Origin: Candidatus Latescibacterota bacterium
Lineage (GTDB): Bacteria > Krumholzibacteriota > Krumholzibacteriia > WVZY01 > JAKEHA01
NCBI GenBank assembly: GCA_963707635.1
Contig: OY970173.1
Coordinates: forward strand, 1,472,001 to 1,536,000
DNA: 64,000 nt
Direction of reading: 5' to 3'
Shown: positions 43,818 to 56,996 of the stretch, piece after piece
Layout: each line of letters opens with the position of its first letter
Position numbering within the stretch: the stretch's first letter is position 1
Program-made: the position numbers and the translations under genes
The notes under the pieces: generated by a model
Databases searched by the model: none
Seen by the model: the letters and a program-made list of their open reading frames with translations, nothing else
Told to the model about the DNA's origin: nothing

Positions 43818-45233
43818 ATGCGGCGTGAGCATTCGTTCGTTCACCTGACCGGGTTCACGAGGCGCGGACGGCCGGGATCGCGTGTGGGACCCCTCGCGCT
43901 GGCCGTCGGCTGCCTGGCGGCCGCGCTCGGCGGGTGCTCATCGAAGGGGGAAGGGCCGCGCAGCCTCACCATCGCGTTTTCCAACGACCTCCACGGGGAG
44001 GTACGGTCGTGCGGTTGCGCCGTCCAGGATTACGGCGGGCTCGGCCGTCGGGCGACGTTTCTCACCACCCTCCGTGACACCACCGGCGACATGCTGCTCG
44101 TCGACGGCGGCGACATTTTCGCCTCGGGGATGAACTACGGGCGCGAGAAGGCCGACCTGACTCTCAAGTCGATGGCGCGGATGCGGTATGACGCCGTGGT
44201 CGCGGGCGAGAAGGATTTTGGATTCGGAACGGACTACATCGTGAAGCGCCCGCGGGAGGTCGGGTTGCCGATCATCGCCGCGAACCTCTTCGACGCGACC
44301 GCCGACACGCTCCTGTTTCCGGCGACGCGCGAGGTGACGCTGCCGTCCGGGCTACGGGTGGGACTGGTCGGCGTGATCACGCGCACGCTCAAGTTTCCTC
44401 CGCAGGTGCACCCGGGCAGCCTGGTGATTCGCGACCCCGTAACCACGATCCGGCCGATCGTCGACTCGCTGCGCACCCGCGTCGACCTGGTGGTGGTCGT
44501 CGCGCACATGGGACGCAATGAGGCCCGGCGCCTCGCGACGATGCCGGGTGTAGACGTGCTCGTGCACGGGCATGAGGGCGCGGCGATGCGGCGTGCCCGC
44601 CGCGAAGGCAGCGCTTACGTGCTCCAGGTGGCCGACCGGGGCCGGTACATGGGGGTGGCGTACACCACCCTGGGGAAGGACGCGCGCATCGCCTCGCTCA
44701 GTCTGGCTGCGGTGCCGCTGGACAAGAGCTTTGCGGACGACGAAGCCATCGCGAAGCTCTTCCAGGTCTACGACATCGCCATCGCCGCCCACGAAAAGGC
44801 GGCGTCGACGGACGAGGAGCCCGCGCCGGCGAAAGATCGGTTCGTCGGTGCGAACACCTGCCGGCCGTGCCACGGCGCATTCTACGACCAGTGGTCGCAG
44901 ACGAAACACGCGCACGCGTTCGAGACGCTGGCGACGCGCGGCCGCGAGTTCGACCGCGACTGCACCCCGTGCCATTCGACCGGGTTTTATCACGCCGGCG
45001 GCTTCGTCTCGGCGGCGGCGACACCCGAATTGACGGCAGTCCAGTGCGAGTCGTGCCACGGAAACGGCGCGGCGCACGCGCGGGACCCGCGGGTCAAGAC
45101 CGCGATGGACGCCCGCGCCGAGTGCCGTCAGTGCCACACCGTGGACCAGACCCCCGACTTCGCATTCGAGCCGTTCTGGGCGAAGCTTTCGAACTGCAGT
45201 CGCGCGGCCGCGGCCTCGCCCGGCGGCCGCTGA
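43818..45233 (+). CDS. Lipoprotein: UshA/5'-nucleotidase-like metallophosphoesterase fold fused to a tetraheme cytochrome c (c554-like)
   Basis: Lipobox LGGC; NDLHG and DGGD; SCGC; four CxxCH (CRPCH, CTPCH, CESCH, CRQCH). Confidence 0.85.
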   Translation: MRREHSFVHLTGFTRRGRPGSRVGPLALAVGCLAAALGGCSSKGEGPRSLTIAFSNDLHGEVRSCGCAVQDYGGLGRRATFLTTLRDTTGDMLLVDGGDIFASGMNYGREKADLTLKSMARMRYDAVVAGEKDFGFGTDYIVKRPREVGLPIIAANLFDATADTLLFPATREVTLPSGLRVGLVGVITRTLKFPPQVHPGSLVIRDPVTTIRPIVDSLRTRVDLVVVVAHMGRNEARRLATMPGVDVLVHGHEGAAMRRARREGSAYVLQVADRGRYMGVAYTTLGKDARIASLSLAAVPLDKSFADDEAIAKLFQVYDIAIAAHEKAASTDEEPAPAKDRFVGANTCRPCHGAFYDQWSQTKHAHAFETLATRGREFDRDCTPCHSTGFYHAGGFVSAAATPELTAVQCESCHGNGAAHARDPRVKTAMDARAECRQCHTVDQTPDFAFEPFWAKLSNCSRAAAASPGGR

Positions 45234-45287
45234 ATTGGGTTTTCCTCGCTTGACCGCGTTTTTCCGCCTGGAGTAGCGTCGCCGCTT

Positions 45288-46454
45288 GTGAAACGCCTTC
45301 CCACCTGGCTCGAGATCGACCTGGACCGCTTCGACAACAACCTCGAGCGCATCCAGGCGTGGGTGGGTCCCGGGGTCGGGATGCTGCTCACCGTCAAGGC
45401 CGACGCCTACGGACACGGCGCGGTCCAGATCGCCCGCGCCGCCACGCGACGGGTGCGCATGTTCGGCGTGGCGACCGTCGACGAGGCGCTCGAGCTGCGG
45501 GAAGCGGGAATACCCAACGACATCCTCATCCTGAGCCCCATTCTCGAGACCGAGATCGCCTCGGTTGCGCGGCACGGATTCGCAATCACGATTTCGTCGT
45601 CAGACTTCGCCGGCGCGGTGTCGGCGCACGCGGGCGGAGCCGTCATCGACGCGCACGTCGAAATCGACACCGGCATGGGGCGGACCGGGGTGGCGGAGGA
45701 AGAGGCGTTCGACGAAGTGGGCCGGATCGCCGCCGCCCCCGGCGTGCGCCTGCGCGGGCTCTATACCCATTTCCCCGTGTCCGACACGGATCCGGCGTAC
45801 ACGCGCGCCCAGGTGGCGCGATTTCTCGACCTGGTGGCGCGCGTGCGCGCAAGCGGGATCGAGGTCCCGCTCGTCCACAGCGCGAACAGCGCGGCGGTGG
45901 ATGGCGTGCGCGAGTCGCACATGAATCTGGTGCGCCCGGGGCTGCTCGCGTACGGGCTGCACCCTTCCGGCGGGGTTCCCGGCGTCGACGTGGCGCCGAT
46001 CATGAGCTGGAAGACGCGGATCGTGCGCGTGCGACGCGTGCCGGCGGGGAAGTCGATCAGCTACGCGCGCTCCTACACCACCACGCGCGCGTCGGTGATC
46101 GGGGTCGTGCCGGTGGGCTACGGGCACGGATACCCGTTGCGGCTTTCGCAGCGCGGATCGATGCTGGTGACGGGGCGGCGGGTTCCGATCGTGGGGCGTG
46201 TCACCATGGACATGACCATGGTCGACCTCACCGACCTACCCGAGGTGCCGAAACCGGGCGCCGAAGTGGTGCTGGTGGGCACCCAGGAGGTCGAGACGCT
46301 CACGTTTCACGACCTGGCCGGCTGGGGCGACACCATCTGCTACGAAGTCATGTGCGGCATCTCGAAGCGGGTTCCGCGCACCTACTTCCGCTTCGGCAAG
46401 GTAGAGACGTTCAAGTCGCTGCTCGGTGTGCTTCCGAATCGCGTCACCGTGTAG
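45288..46454 (+). CDS. alr: Alanine racemase
   Basis: VKADAYGHG PLP lysine; DTGMGR; GRVTMD; promoter TTGACC-18-TAGCGT at 45250-45279. Confidence 0.96.
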   Translation: MKRLPTWLEIDLDRFDNNLERIQAWVGPGVGMLLTVKADAYGHGAVQIARAATRRVRMFGVATVDEALELREAGIPNDILILSPILETEIASVARHGFAITISSSDFAGAVSAHAGGAVIDAHVEIDTGMGRTGVAEEEAFDEVGRIAAAPGVRLRGLYTHFPVSDTDPAYTRAQVARFLDLVARVRASGIEVPLVHSANSAAVDGVRESHMNLVRPGLLAYGLHPSGGVPGVDVAPIMSWKTRIVRVRRVPAGKSISYARSYTTTRASVIGVVPVGYGHGYPLRLSQRGSMLVTGRRVPIVGRVTMDMTMVDLTDLPEVPKPGAEVVLVGTQEVETLTFHDLAGWGDTICYEVMCGISKRVPRTYFRFGKVETFKSLLGVLPNRVTV

Positions 46455-46512
46455 TCGGCGAACCGGCGCGCAGAAGGCGCCTCCGGCGGCCCGATCACGC
46501 GCGGAATGAATC

Positions 46513-47676
46513 GTGAACTCGTTCTCCCGCGTAATTCTGATCGTTCTCGACGGTGTGGGCGCCGGCGCCGCGCCCGACGCAGCCGCGTACGGTGACGCGG
46601 GGAGCCACACCCTCGCCAACACCGCGCGCGCCGTCGGCGGCCTCCACCTTCCCAACCTTGCCCGCCTCGGACTCGGTCGCATCGGCGAGATCGCCGGTGT
46701 GCCGGCAGTCGCCGCGCCGGAGGCGCACGTCGGAACCATGCAGCCCGCCGCCGCGGGCAAGGACAGCACCAGCGGTCACTGGGAAATGATGGGGTACACG
46801 CTCACCCGCGCGTTTCCGACCTACCCGGACGGTTTCCCCGATACCGTCATCGCCGCATTCGAGCGCGCGATCGGCCGGCGTGTGCTCGGCAACCGGGTTG
46901 CCAGCGGCACGGCCATCCTGGACGAGCTCGGTCCCAGCCACCTCGAGACCGGGGAGCCGATCGTGTACACCTCGGCCGACAGCGTGTTCCAGATCGCCGC
47001 GCACGAGGAGCGCGTGCCGGTGTCCGAGCTCTACGGGTGGTGCCAGACGGCGCGCGCGCTGCTGGTGCCGCCGCATGGCGTCGCGCGCGTCATCGCGCGG
47101 CCGTTTCTCGGCGGTCCCGGTGGATTCCGCCGGACCTCGGGCCGACGCGACTTCTCACTCCCGCCTCCAGGCGAGACGGTGCTCGACGCACTGGCCGCGG
47201 CGGGCAAGCGTGTGCTGACCATCGGCAAGATCGACCAGCTGTTCGCGGGTCGCGGCGTTACGCGGGCGATCCACACGCGCGACAATCGCGACGGCATGGC
47301 GCGAACCCTGGAAGCAGTCGCCGGACGCGACGCCGAGCTCGTGTTCGTCAACCTGGTGGACTTCGACACGATGTGGGGGCACCGCAATGACACGCGCGCG
47401 TTTGCGCTCGGGCTCGAGGAGTTCGACGCGTTCCTTCCGGAGCTCCGGCGCGCCCTGCGCGACAACGACCTGCTGATCGTCACGGCCGACCACGGCAACG
47501 ACCCCACGACGCCGGGCACGGACCACAGCCGGGAATGCGTGCCGCTGCTGGTCTGGCACCGCGCGCTGGCGCAAGGCCGCGACCTGGGGGTGCGGGCGAC
47601 CTTCGCCGACGTGGGCGCCACGGTGGCGCGCGTGCTGGGAGTGGGGGTGGTGGCGGGGAGTCCGGTCGAGACGTGA
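46513..47676 (+). CDS. deoB: Phosphopentomutase
   Basis: [36 protein letters not shown] and TADHGNDP. Confidence 0.96.
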   Translation: MNSFSRVILIVLDGVGAGAAPDAAAYGDAGSHTLANTARAVGGLHLPNLARLGLGRIGEIAGVPAVAAPEAHVGTMQPAAAGKDSTSGHWEMMGYTLTRAFPTYPDGFPDTVIAAFERAIGRRVLGNRVASGTAILDELGPSHLETGEPIVYTSADSVFQIAAHEERVPVSELYGWCQTARALLVPPHGVARVIARPFLGGPGGFRRTSGRRDFSLPPPGETVLDALAAAGKRVLTIGKIDQLFAGRGVTRAIHTRDNRDGMARTLEAVAGRDAELVFVNLVDFDTMWGHRNDTRAFALGLEEFDAFLPELRRALRDNDLLIVTADHGNDPTTPGTDHSRECVPLLVWHRALAQGRDLGVRATFADVGATVARVLGVGVVAGSPVET

Positions 47677-47677
47677 G

Positions 47678-49864
47678 CTAGTTCTCGTCGAGGATGCGCT
47701 GATCGAGGTCGCCCAGGCTCTCCATGTCGTGGATCGGTCGCGCGTTCGCGGAGCCGTGCCGATCGCAGGCGCGGGTCGGTTCGGTGCCCTCGATGAACAC
47801 CTCGCGGCGGATCTTCGGACACGCCTCGGTCGCGAGCAGCCCCGTCTTCTCGCATACGACGCGGTGCTGGATTCCCTCGGGCTCATCGAAGGCGTGCGCG
47901 TGATGGTCCCGGTAGGCGGCCTTCATGACCGCGGTCCAGGTCGGCAGCGACACGAACGACCCGGTCATCTTCTTGCCCATGGTCTTCTTTTCGTCGAAGC
48001 CGGACCACACGCCGACCACGAGCTCCGGGGTGAAGCCGATGAACCACGCGTCCGTGCACAGGTCGGTGGTCCCGGTCTTGCCGGCCGCCGGCTCCGTGAA
48101 ACCGAACACGCGCGCGTTGCGGCCGAACCCCTCGTTCATCACGCTCTGCATGAGGTCGGTGATCATGAAGTTCACCTTCGGGTCCAGCACCTCCTCGCGA
48201 AACTCCGTGTCCTCCTCCAGCACGCGACCCTCCCGGTCGACGACCTTGCTGAGAAGGAGGGGCTCGCCGCGCATCCCGCCGGCGGCGATGGTCGCGTAGG
48301 CGTTGGTGATTTCGAGCAGCGTCACCTCGGACACGCCGAGGGCGAGCGAGTACACGTTCTCCAGGTCGCTCTTGATCCCCAGGCGGTGGGCGACGTTGAT
48401 GGCCTCCACCGGACCCATCGCCATCAGCAGGCGAATGGCGGCGATGTTAATCGACGCGTTGAGCGCGTGGCGCAGGGTCACTTCTCCTTCGAAGGTCTCG
48501 GAGTAGTTCTGCGGCTTCCACACGTCGCCGTTGGGGAGGTCGAGAACGATCGGCGCGTCGAGCAGGATGTCGGCCGGGGTGTAGCCGTTTTCGAGCGCGG
48601 CGGTGAAGATGAAGGGCTTGAACGCGCTGCCCGGTTGGCGCTTGGCCTGCATGGCGCGGTCGAACTTGCTGTGCTTGAAGCTGCGGCCCCCGACCAGCGC
48701 CCGCACCAGGCCGGTCTTCACATCGATCGCGACCACCGCGCCCTGGACATACTCCGGCAACCCGGCGTCCCCCTCTCCCGCGAGTGCTTTCTCGTAGCGC
48801 GCGCGGGTGTCGACGTTGCCGCGCGCCGTCTCGATCCGGCGCAGGTGCATCTCCATGCTGTCTTCCGCGACACGCTGCAGGTACGGGTCGAGTCCCGTGT
48901 ACACCTTCAAGCCGTCGCGGTAGATGCGGTCGGCGCCGTACTTGTCCTCGAGGTATTGCCGGATTTCCTCGAGGAAGTAGGCCGCGAACTCGCTGCGGCC
49001 GGCCTTGCCCGGGCGCACCATCACCGGCGACGCGTCGATCGAATCCGCCTCCTCGCGCGTGAGCTTGTGCGTATCCACCATCGCCTCCAGCACCACCGAA
49101 CGGCGCTTGAGCGCCCGGTCCAGGTGGTTGATGGGCGAGTAGTCGCGCGGGTTCTTGGGCAGCCCGGCCAAGAGCGTCGCCTCGCCGATGTCCAGCTCCT
49201 GGGCTTTCTTTCCGAAGAACACCTGCGCCGCCGCCTCGACCCCGTGCGCGCCGCCGCCGAAATAGATCTGGTTCAAATACATCTCCAGAATTTCGTCCTT
49301 GGAGTACGCGCGCTCGATGCGGGTGGCGAGGAGCGCCTCCTTGATCTTGCGCGTGAGCGTATTCTCGAACATGTCGAAGAGGTTGCGGCCCAGCTGCTGG
49401 GTGATGGTGCTGCCGCCCTGCACCGTGCTGCCGTGGCGCAGGTTGATCAAGACGGCGCGGGCGATGCCGAAGAGGTCGACACCCCAGTGCGAGTAGAACT
49501 TGCGGTCCTCGACGGCGACGAACGCGTCGGGCAGATAGGGAGGGAGGTCCTCGATGGAAACCAGCGCGCGGTCCTCGACAAAGAACTCGCCCACCACGCT
49601 CGAGTCCGCGCCGAACACCTGCGTCTTGAGCGTGGGTTCGATCATCTCCAGCCGCGAGGTGCTGGGGAGATCGCGTGCGAAGTAGCGGTACGCGGAAAGG
49701 ACCGTACCCGCGGCCAGCACGACCAGACCGACGATCACGTGCCGCAGGCGGATGCGGCGCGGAGGACGTCCACCCCCGCCGGGTTCGGCACCCCCATCTG
49801 GCGGGATGACCGGCGGATTTGTGGCGCCGTGGACGGCGGGTCGTTGGCGGTCGTCGCTCGACAT
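47678..49864 (-). CDS. Class A penicillin-binding protein (PBP1A family)
   Basis: EDRKF and QGGSTITQQL transglycosylase motifs; SAFK, SIN and KTG transpeptidase motifs; start ATG 49864. Confidence 0.95.
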   Translation of the reverse strand: MSSDDRQRPAVHGATNPPVIPPDGGAEPGGGGRPPRRIRLRHVIVGLVVLAAGTVLSAYRYFARDLPSTSRLEMIEPTLKTQVFGADSSVVGEFFVEDRALVSIEDLPPYLPDAFVAVEDRKFYSHWGVDLFGIARAVLINLRHGSTVQGGSTITQQLGRNLFDMFENTLTRKIKEALLATRIERAYSKDEILEMYLNQIYFGGGAHGVEAAAQVFFGKKAQELDIGEATLLAGLPKNPRDYSPINHLDRALKRRSVVLEAMVDTHKLTREEADSIDASPVMVRPGKAGRSEFAAYFLEEIRQYLEDKYGADRIYRDGLKVYTGLDPYLQRVAEDSMEMHLRRIETARGNVDTRARYEKALAGEGDAGLPEYVQGAVVAIDVKTGLVRALVGGRSFKHSKFDRAMQAKRQPGSAFKPFIFTAALENGYTPADILLDAPIVLDLPNGDVWKPQNYSETFEGEVTLRHALNASINIAAIRLLMAMGPVEAINVAHRLGIKSDLENVYSLALGVSEVTLLEITNAYATIAAGGMRGEPLLLSKVVDREGRVLEEDTEFREEVLDPKVNFMITDLMQSVMNEGFGRNARVFGFTEPAAGKTGTTDLCTDAWFIGFTPELVVGVWSGFDEKKTMGKKMTGSFVSLPTWTAVMKAAYRDHHAHAFDEPEGIQHRVVCEKTGLLATEACPKIRREVFIEGTEPTRACDRHGSANARPIHDMESLGDLDQRILDEN

Positions 49865-50008
49865 GCGGCATTCCCTTCGGCGCGTCACGGCGCCGGTTCC
49901 CGGCACCATAGCACGGTTGCTCGCGGCGGAGCCACGCTTTACGCGACCCGACCCACGCTGATATGATGCGGGCTTGGCGTCGGGCCGACGCCGGAACCCG
50001 GAGTACCC

Positions 50009-51250
50009 ATGACCCGCAAGCACGACCTCCCGGCGCGCAGCGTCGAGGAACAGATCGCCATCATCCGCCGGGGGGCCGTCGAGATCATCCCGGAGGAGGA
50101 CCTGCGGCGCAAGCTCGAGCGATCGCTGCAGACCGGAGTGCCGCTGGTGATTAAACAAGGCTTCGACCCGACCGCGCCCGACATTCATCTCGGGCACACG
50201 GTGGGGCTGCGCAAGCTGCGGCAGTTTCAGGACCTCGGCCACACGGTGGTGTTCCTGATCGGGGATTTCACGGGCATGATCGGGGACCCCAGCGGCCGCA
50301 GCGAGACCCGCAAGCGGCTCGACCACGACGAACTGGTCGAGAACGCCAAGACCTACACCGAGCAGGCGTTCAAGATCCTGGATCCGAAACGTACCGTGGT
50401 GGACTACAACAGCCGCTGGCTCGCCAAGCTGGAATTCGCGGATGTGCTGCGGCTCACCGCCACCCAGACGGTGGCCCAGATGCTCGAGCGTGACGATTTC
50501 GAGAAGCGCTACGCGGCCGGCCGCCCGATCAGTCTGCTCGAATTCGTGTACCCGCTCGCACAGGGTTATGACTCCGTGGCGCTCAATGCGGACGTCGAGA
50601 TCGGCGCCACCGAACAGAAGTTCAACCTGCTCATGGCGCGCGAGATTCAGCGCCACTACGGCCAGGAGCCGGAGGTCATCCTCACCCTTCCGATCCTCGA
50701 GGGCATCGACGGGGTGGAGAAGATGAGCAAGTCGCTGGGCAACTACATCGGCATCACGGAACCCGCCGAGGAGATTTTTGGCAAGACCATGCGGATTCCG
50801 GACACCCTGATGCTCAAGTACTTCGAACTGGTGAGCACCCGCACACCGGCGCAACTCGACGAGATTCGCGCGCGCCTTAAGGCTCCGGGAACCAATCCCT
50901 CCCACCTCAAGCGCGAACTCGCGCGCGACCTGGTGGAACAGTTCCACGATGCGGAGGCCGCGCAGGCGGCGGAGAGTCACTTCAACCGCCTGTTCGTGCA
51001 GCACGAGCGCCCCGAGGCGACCGACCGCGTCGAGCTGGCCGCGGGGGACGAGGGCCTGTGGATCGTGAAGGCGCTGACCCAGGCCGGGCTGTGCGAAAGC
51101 TCGTCGCAGGCGCGGCGGATGATCCAGCAGGGCGCGGTCAAGCTCGACGGGGCGAAACTCTCCGACGTGGACGTGAAGCTGGCCGCCCGCAAGCAACCCT
51201 ACGCGGTGCAGGTGGGCAAGCGCGGTTTCGCCGACATCGTCGTGAAGTAG
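50009..51250 (+). CDS. tyrS: Tyrosine--tRNA ligase
   Basis: [18 protein letters not shown] and C-terminal S4 domain; promoter TTTACG-18-TATGAT at 49938-49967. Confidence 0.97.
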   Translation: MTRKHDLPARSVEEQIAIIRRGAVEIIPEEDLRRKLERSLQTGVPLVIKQGFDPTAPDIHLGHTVGLRKLRQFQDLGHTVVFLIGDFTGMIGDPSGRSETRKRLDHDELVENAKTYTEQAFKILDPKRTVVDYNSRWLAKLEFADVLRLTATQTVAQMLERDDFEKRYAAGRPISLLEFVYPLAQGYDSVALNADVEIGATEQKFNLLMAREIQRHYGQEPEVILTLPILEGIDGVEKMSKSLGNYIGITEPAEEIFGKTMRIPDTLMLKYFELVSTRTPAQLDEIRARLKAPGTNPSHLKRELARDLVEQFHDAEAAQAAESHFNRLFVQHERPEATDRVELAAGDEGLWIVKALTQAGLCESSSQARRMIQQGAVKLDGAKLSDVDVKLAARKQPYAVQVGKRGFADIVVK

Positions 51251-51296
51251 CGACGCGCTGTCGCGCGGCTGCCCGGAAGTGCCCGGTCGGGCGCGC

Positions 51297-51326
51297 TTGA
51301 CGATGCGTCGGCCGCGTGCATATAAT
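51297..51326 (+). promoter_or_regulatory. sigma70 promoter of the STAS gene
   Basis: TTGACG, 18 bp, TATAAT. Confidence 0.75.
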
Positions 51327-51424
51327 GCGCACTCGCCTGATTGCTCTCGGGGCGTTCCGCGTGGATTCGCCCTGCGACGGCGTCAGACACCACCCGCTCG
51401 CGTTGCGGAAGAAGGAGAAGGCCC

Positions 51425-51772
51425 ATGCTGTATGAACACACCACGGTTGGCGACGTGCACGTGCTTGCGCCCAAGAAGAATCTCGTCGGCAAGGATGAGA
51501 CGCAGGGGCTTCTGGCCGCCATCGATGAGCTGGCGGAGAAGGGCACGCCCAAGATCGTCGTGGACCTCGGGAAGATCTCCTACATCAACAGCACCGGGCT
51601 GGGCGCGCTGGTACGGGCGAGAATGACCTGTCAGCGGCACGAAGGCTGGCTGCGGCTGGCGCGCGTCGGCGACCGAATTGGCGCCATCTTCATGGTCACG
51701 AAGCTCGTGCTCGTGTTCGACACCTTCGAGACGATCGACGAGGCCGTGGCGGCGCCGGAGAAAAAAGAATAG
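51425..51772 (+). CDS. STAS-domain anti-sigma-factor antagonist
   Basis: DLGKISYINSTGLG phosphoserine motif; RBS AAGGAG. Confidence 0.88.
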   Translation: MLYEHTTVGDVHVLAPKKNLVGKDETQGLLAAIDELAEKGTPKIVVDLGKISYINSTGLGALVRARMTCQRHEGWLRLARVGDRIGAIFMVTKLVLVFDTFETIDEAVAAPEKKE

Positions 51773-51796
51773 AGCCGGCCCGATCGGGGCCGGCTC
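51761..51796 (-). terminator. Terminator hairpin between the convergent STAS and hppA genes
   Basis: GAGCCGGCCC/GGGCCGGCTC 10-bp stem, followed on the minus strand by TATTCTTTTTT. Confidence 0.6.
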
Positions 51797-51834
51797 CACT
51801 CGCCTGGATTTTACCGCTCGAGCGCGGCGCGCCG

Positions 51835-54270
<2,436 letters not shown>

Positions 54271-54460
54271 GGATATCTCCTTGAGTGGGGTTCGGGCACC
54301 CGGGTCGCACCGGGGTGTTTCGATGATTGGCCAACGTCGATCCGGCGTCCCGGATCCGACCGACGAACGAGGTGCAGCATAGTAGCCAACCACCCGTGCG
54401 ATCGTCAAGCCGTGGCGTGCTAGTTTCTAAGGGGCGCGCGTCCGTGGCGCGCGGAGATGG

Positions 54461-55180
54461 CTAGTGCAGGGAGAAGGTGATGGGAACGACGACCCACACC
54501 TCGACGGGGGTGGTTCCCTGGATGGCGGGCTTGAAGATGCCTGTCCGGGCGCACTTGATGGCGGCGGCGTGAAGGACCTCCGGCCCTTCGACCGCTACCG
54601 CCTTCTTGACCTTGCCGTCCTTACCGACCAGCACCTGGACGTTCACGGTGCCGTCGATACCGGCGTCGCGCACGATCGCGGGGTATTCCGGCTTCTCGAT
54701 GCTCAAAAGCACCGGGTATTCGTCGAACGCGACGAATTCCTCCCGGCCCGGGGAGCGGTCGATGTCAACCACCAGCGAATCCCCGCTCCCGAAGTCGTCC
54801 GCCGTGACGGGGGTCAGGAAGTCCGACATCTGGCTCTGGCTCGCGATGGTGGACTCGGTGGCCTGCTCGTCCGGCACCGGCTCCGGGACGCCGATCGACG
54901 GCGGTGCCACCGCCTCGGCGATGTTGACTTGCGGGGCAGTCGGCTCTTTGATCGAGGGGGGAACGCCCAGGTCCGTCAGCTTGACGATCGTGACACCCGC
55001 CGGGACCTCGTCCACGTGCTTGGCGTGGGACCAGACGTACCAGCTTGCGAAAATCGCGATGCCCACCGCGAGGACGAAAACGTTTGCGGAGGTAAGCCAG
55101 CGGGTTGCTTCCCGGCGCAGGGGGTGGAGGTCCCCCGTGAGCGGAAGGTGTCCGTCACCGGCTAGCGAGAACGCTTTCAA
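54461..55180 (-). CDS. tonB: Energy transducer TonB
   Basis: Single TM, Pro-rich linker, C-terminal PEYP...AGIDGTV...VPITF. Confidence 0.88.
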   Translation of the reverse strand: MKAFSLAGDGHLPLTGDLHPLRREATRWLTSANVFVLAVGIAIFASWYVWSHAKHVDEVPAGVTIVKLTDLGVPPSIKEPTAPQVNIAEAVAPPSIGVPEPVPDEQATESTIASQSQMSDFLTPVTADDFGSGDSLVVDIDRSPGREEFVAFDEYPVLLSIEKPEYPAIVRDAGIDGTVNVQVLVGKDGKVKKAVAVEGPEVLHAAAIKCARTGIFKPAIQGTTPVEVWVVVPITFSLH

Positions 55181-55674
55181 AAGCCGTCGCCCCCGATGAT
55201 CTTCTTATCGTCGTCCGTCATGGGCACGATGCTGAAACGCGTCATCTGCGCCTCGTCCAGCGTATCCAGCATGTCGACCATGGCCTCGTAGCGCGCCTTT
55301 CGATCCACCTTGACCAGGACGATCAGGTCGGGGTTGTAATCCGATTCCAGCACCAGCGTCTCGCGAAGCTCGTCCCAGGTAAGGGAATTGAGCCCCTGCC
55401 GGCCCACGTCGTAGACCATCGACCCGTCTTCGCTGACATAAATGGTCATGACGTTGCTCTCCGGAACCTCGACGGTGGCGCCCGGCTCCGGGACGTTGAT
55501 TTCCATCGCCAGGGGGCGGCGGAACACGGTCGTCACCATGAAAAATATAAGCAACAGAAAGGCAACGTCAACCATGGGCGTCATGTCGACGCGCACGCCG
55601 ACGCGCTTGCGCTTGCGAAGCCCCAGCGCGGTTTTGGCCTTTGACTTGCCTTCTGCCTGCTGTACGCCAGCCAC
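55177..55674 (-). CDS. exbD: Biopolymer transporter ExbD
   Basis: DMTPMVDVAFLLLIFFMVTT; D...YEAMVDMLD. Confidence 0.92.
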   Translation of the reverse strand: MAGVQQAEGKSKAKTALGLRKRKRVGVRVDMTPMVDVAFLLLIFFMVTTVFRRPLAMEINVPEPGATVEVPESNVMTIYVSEDGSMVYDVGRQGLNSLTWDELRETLVLESDYNPDLIVLVKVDRKARYEAMVDMLDTLDEAQMTRFSIVPMTDDDKKIIGGDGF

Positions 55675-56127
55675 TTAGTGACCCTCTTTGCCTTGTCCGG
55701 ATTTCTTCTTCTTGACCTGTTTCAAGTCCGTCATCAGGTTGAAGCGAAGCGTCTTCGACTCGGCGAGCGCGTCCATGACGTCCGCCACGCCGCCGTAGTC
55801 CACGTCTTTGTCGCCCTTGACGACCACCACCGCCGCCGGGTTCTTCGCCCGCCAGGTCAGGATGGCCTTGACGAGGTCCGCCTTGTCGACCTGCATGGTC
55901 TGGGACAGATTCTCGTCGGAAATGAAGACCTCGCCCGCGCTGTTGACCGTCAGCACGATCGTGTTCGTTTCCGGCACGTGGATCTCCGACTTGGAGCCGG
56001 GGAGGGTGACGCCCACGCGCTCGGGCGGTTTGAACGAGGTCGTGGTCATGAAGAAAATAAGGAGGAGGAACGCCACGTCGACCATGGGCGTCATGTCGAT
56101 GGTGATTCCAATCCGCCGCTTGGCCAC
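55675..56127 (-). CDS. exbD: Biopolymer transporter ExbD (second copy)
   Basis: DMTPMVDVAFLLLIFFMTTT; KGDKDVDYG. Confidence 0.92.
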   Translation of the reverse strand: MAKRRIGITIDMTPMVDVAFLLLIFFMTTTSFKPPERVGVTLPGSKSEIHVPETNTIVLTVNSAGEVFISDENLSQTMQVDKADLVKAILTWRAKNPAAVVVVKGDKDVDYGGVADVMDALAESKTLRFNLMTDLKQVKKKKSGQGKEGH

Positions 56128-56130
56128 GGT

Positions 56131-56847
56131 CTACGACACCTTCGAATGCCGGAGCAGATCCAGTACCTCGAAGCTGGTCTCTTCGATCGCGCTCTGGAAA
56201 TTGTCCACACGGGTGGCGAAGTAGTTGTAGAGCAGGATCCCGATGATGGCGGTGGTGAGGCCGAGCGCGGTGTTCACCAGCGCTTCCGAGATACCAACGG
56301 CCAGCTGGACCGCGTCCGGGGCGCCCGCGTGTGACATGGCTCGGAAGGAGCGAATCATGCCCACCGTCGTTCCCAGGAGGCCCAGCATGGTGGCGATCGA
56401 CGCGATGGTGGAGAGCGCGCTCAAATTGCGCTCGAGGATCGGGCTCTCCAGCGCGGTGGCTTCCTGGATGGCGCGCCGAGTCTCTTCGAGCAGCTCTTTT
56501 TCGCTGGGCTCGCTCGCGCGGGCCAGGTCGTAGCGCTCGAGCCCCGCGCCGACCACGTTGCCCAGGCACCCGCCCTGTTTGCGGCAGGCCTCGATCGCCT
56601 TGGTCAGGTCGCCTTCCTGGACGGCGGCCTTGATGTTGCGGACGAACACCGACACGCCGCCGCGCCCGCCCGCGCGCCAGAGCACGAGGGCCCGTTCGAC
56701 CGTGAACGTGAATACCAGGAACAGACACGTCAGGCCGATCACGAGCAGCGGTCCACCCTGCTTCAAGTATTCCGGCGAGTTGTCCCAGATGACGTATGAG
56801 ACACCCACCGAAACAAAGAATATCAGGATGAAAAGGAACTTTTTCAT
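56131..56847 (-). CDS. exbB: MotA/TolQ/ExbB proton channel
   Basis: LGLLGTTVGMI and GISEALVNTALGL. Confidence 0.93.
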   Translation of the reverse strand: MKKFLFILIFFVSVGVSYVIWDNSPEYLKQGGPLLVIGLTCLFLVFTFTVERALVLWRAGGRGGVSVFVRNIKAAVQEGDLTKAIEACRKQGGCLGNVVGAGLERYDLARASEPSEKELLEETRRAIQEATALESPILERNLSALSTIASIATMLGLLGTTVGMIRSFRAMSHAGAPDAVQLAVGISEALVNTALGLTTAIIGILLYNYFATRVDNFQSAIEETSFEVLDLLRHSKVS

Positions 56848-56946
56848 TTCTCTCCTTCGCTTTCCTTCCGATGTCTGGCGCGGGTGGAGTCCGCGGGCGT
56901 TTCCGCGTTCGATGCCGCGTCGGATGCTCCCCTTCGGGGAGGAGTG

Positions 56947-56976
56947 AGTTTACTCAGGCCTACGTACACAGGTCAA
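56947..56976 (-). promoter_or_regulatory. Internal sigma70 promoter upstream of exbB
   Basis: TTGACC (56976-71), 18 bp, TAAACT (56952-47). Confidence 0.6.
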
Positions 56977-56996
56977 ACGAAAAGCGGCCGATGCGA

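Noticed and set aside
44005..44020. Selenocysteine recoding at the SCGC motif
   Set aside because: Both Cys codons are TGC and there is no in-frame TGA here
49870..50008. T-box riboswitch upstream of tyrS
   Set aside because: The leader is too short (about 40 nt from the -10 box), with no T-box motif or terminator
47678..51196. 1172-aa PBP ORF as an N-terminally extended fusion
   Set aside because: The first ~440 codons are the antisense of tyrS; the PBP1A starts at about 49864
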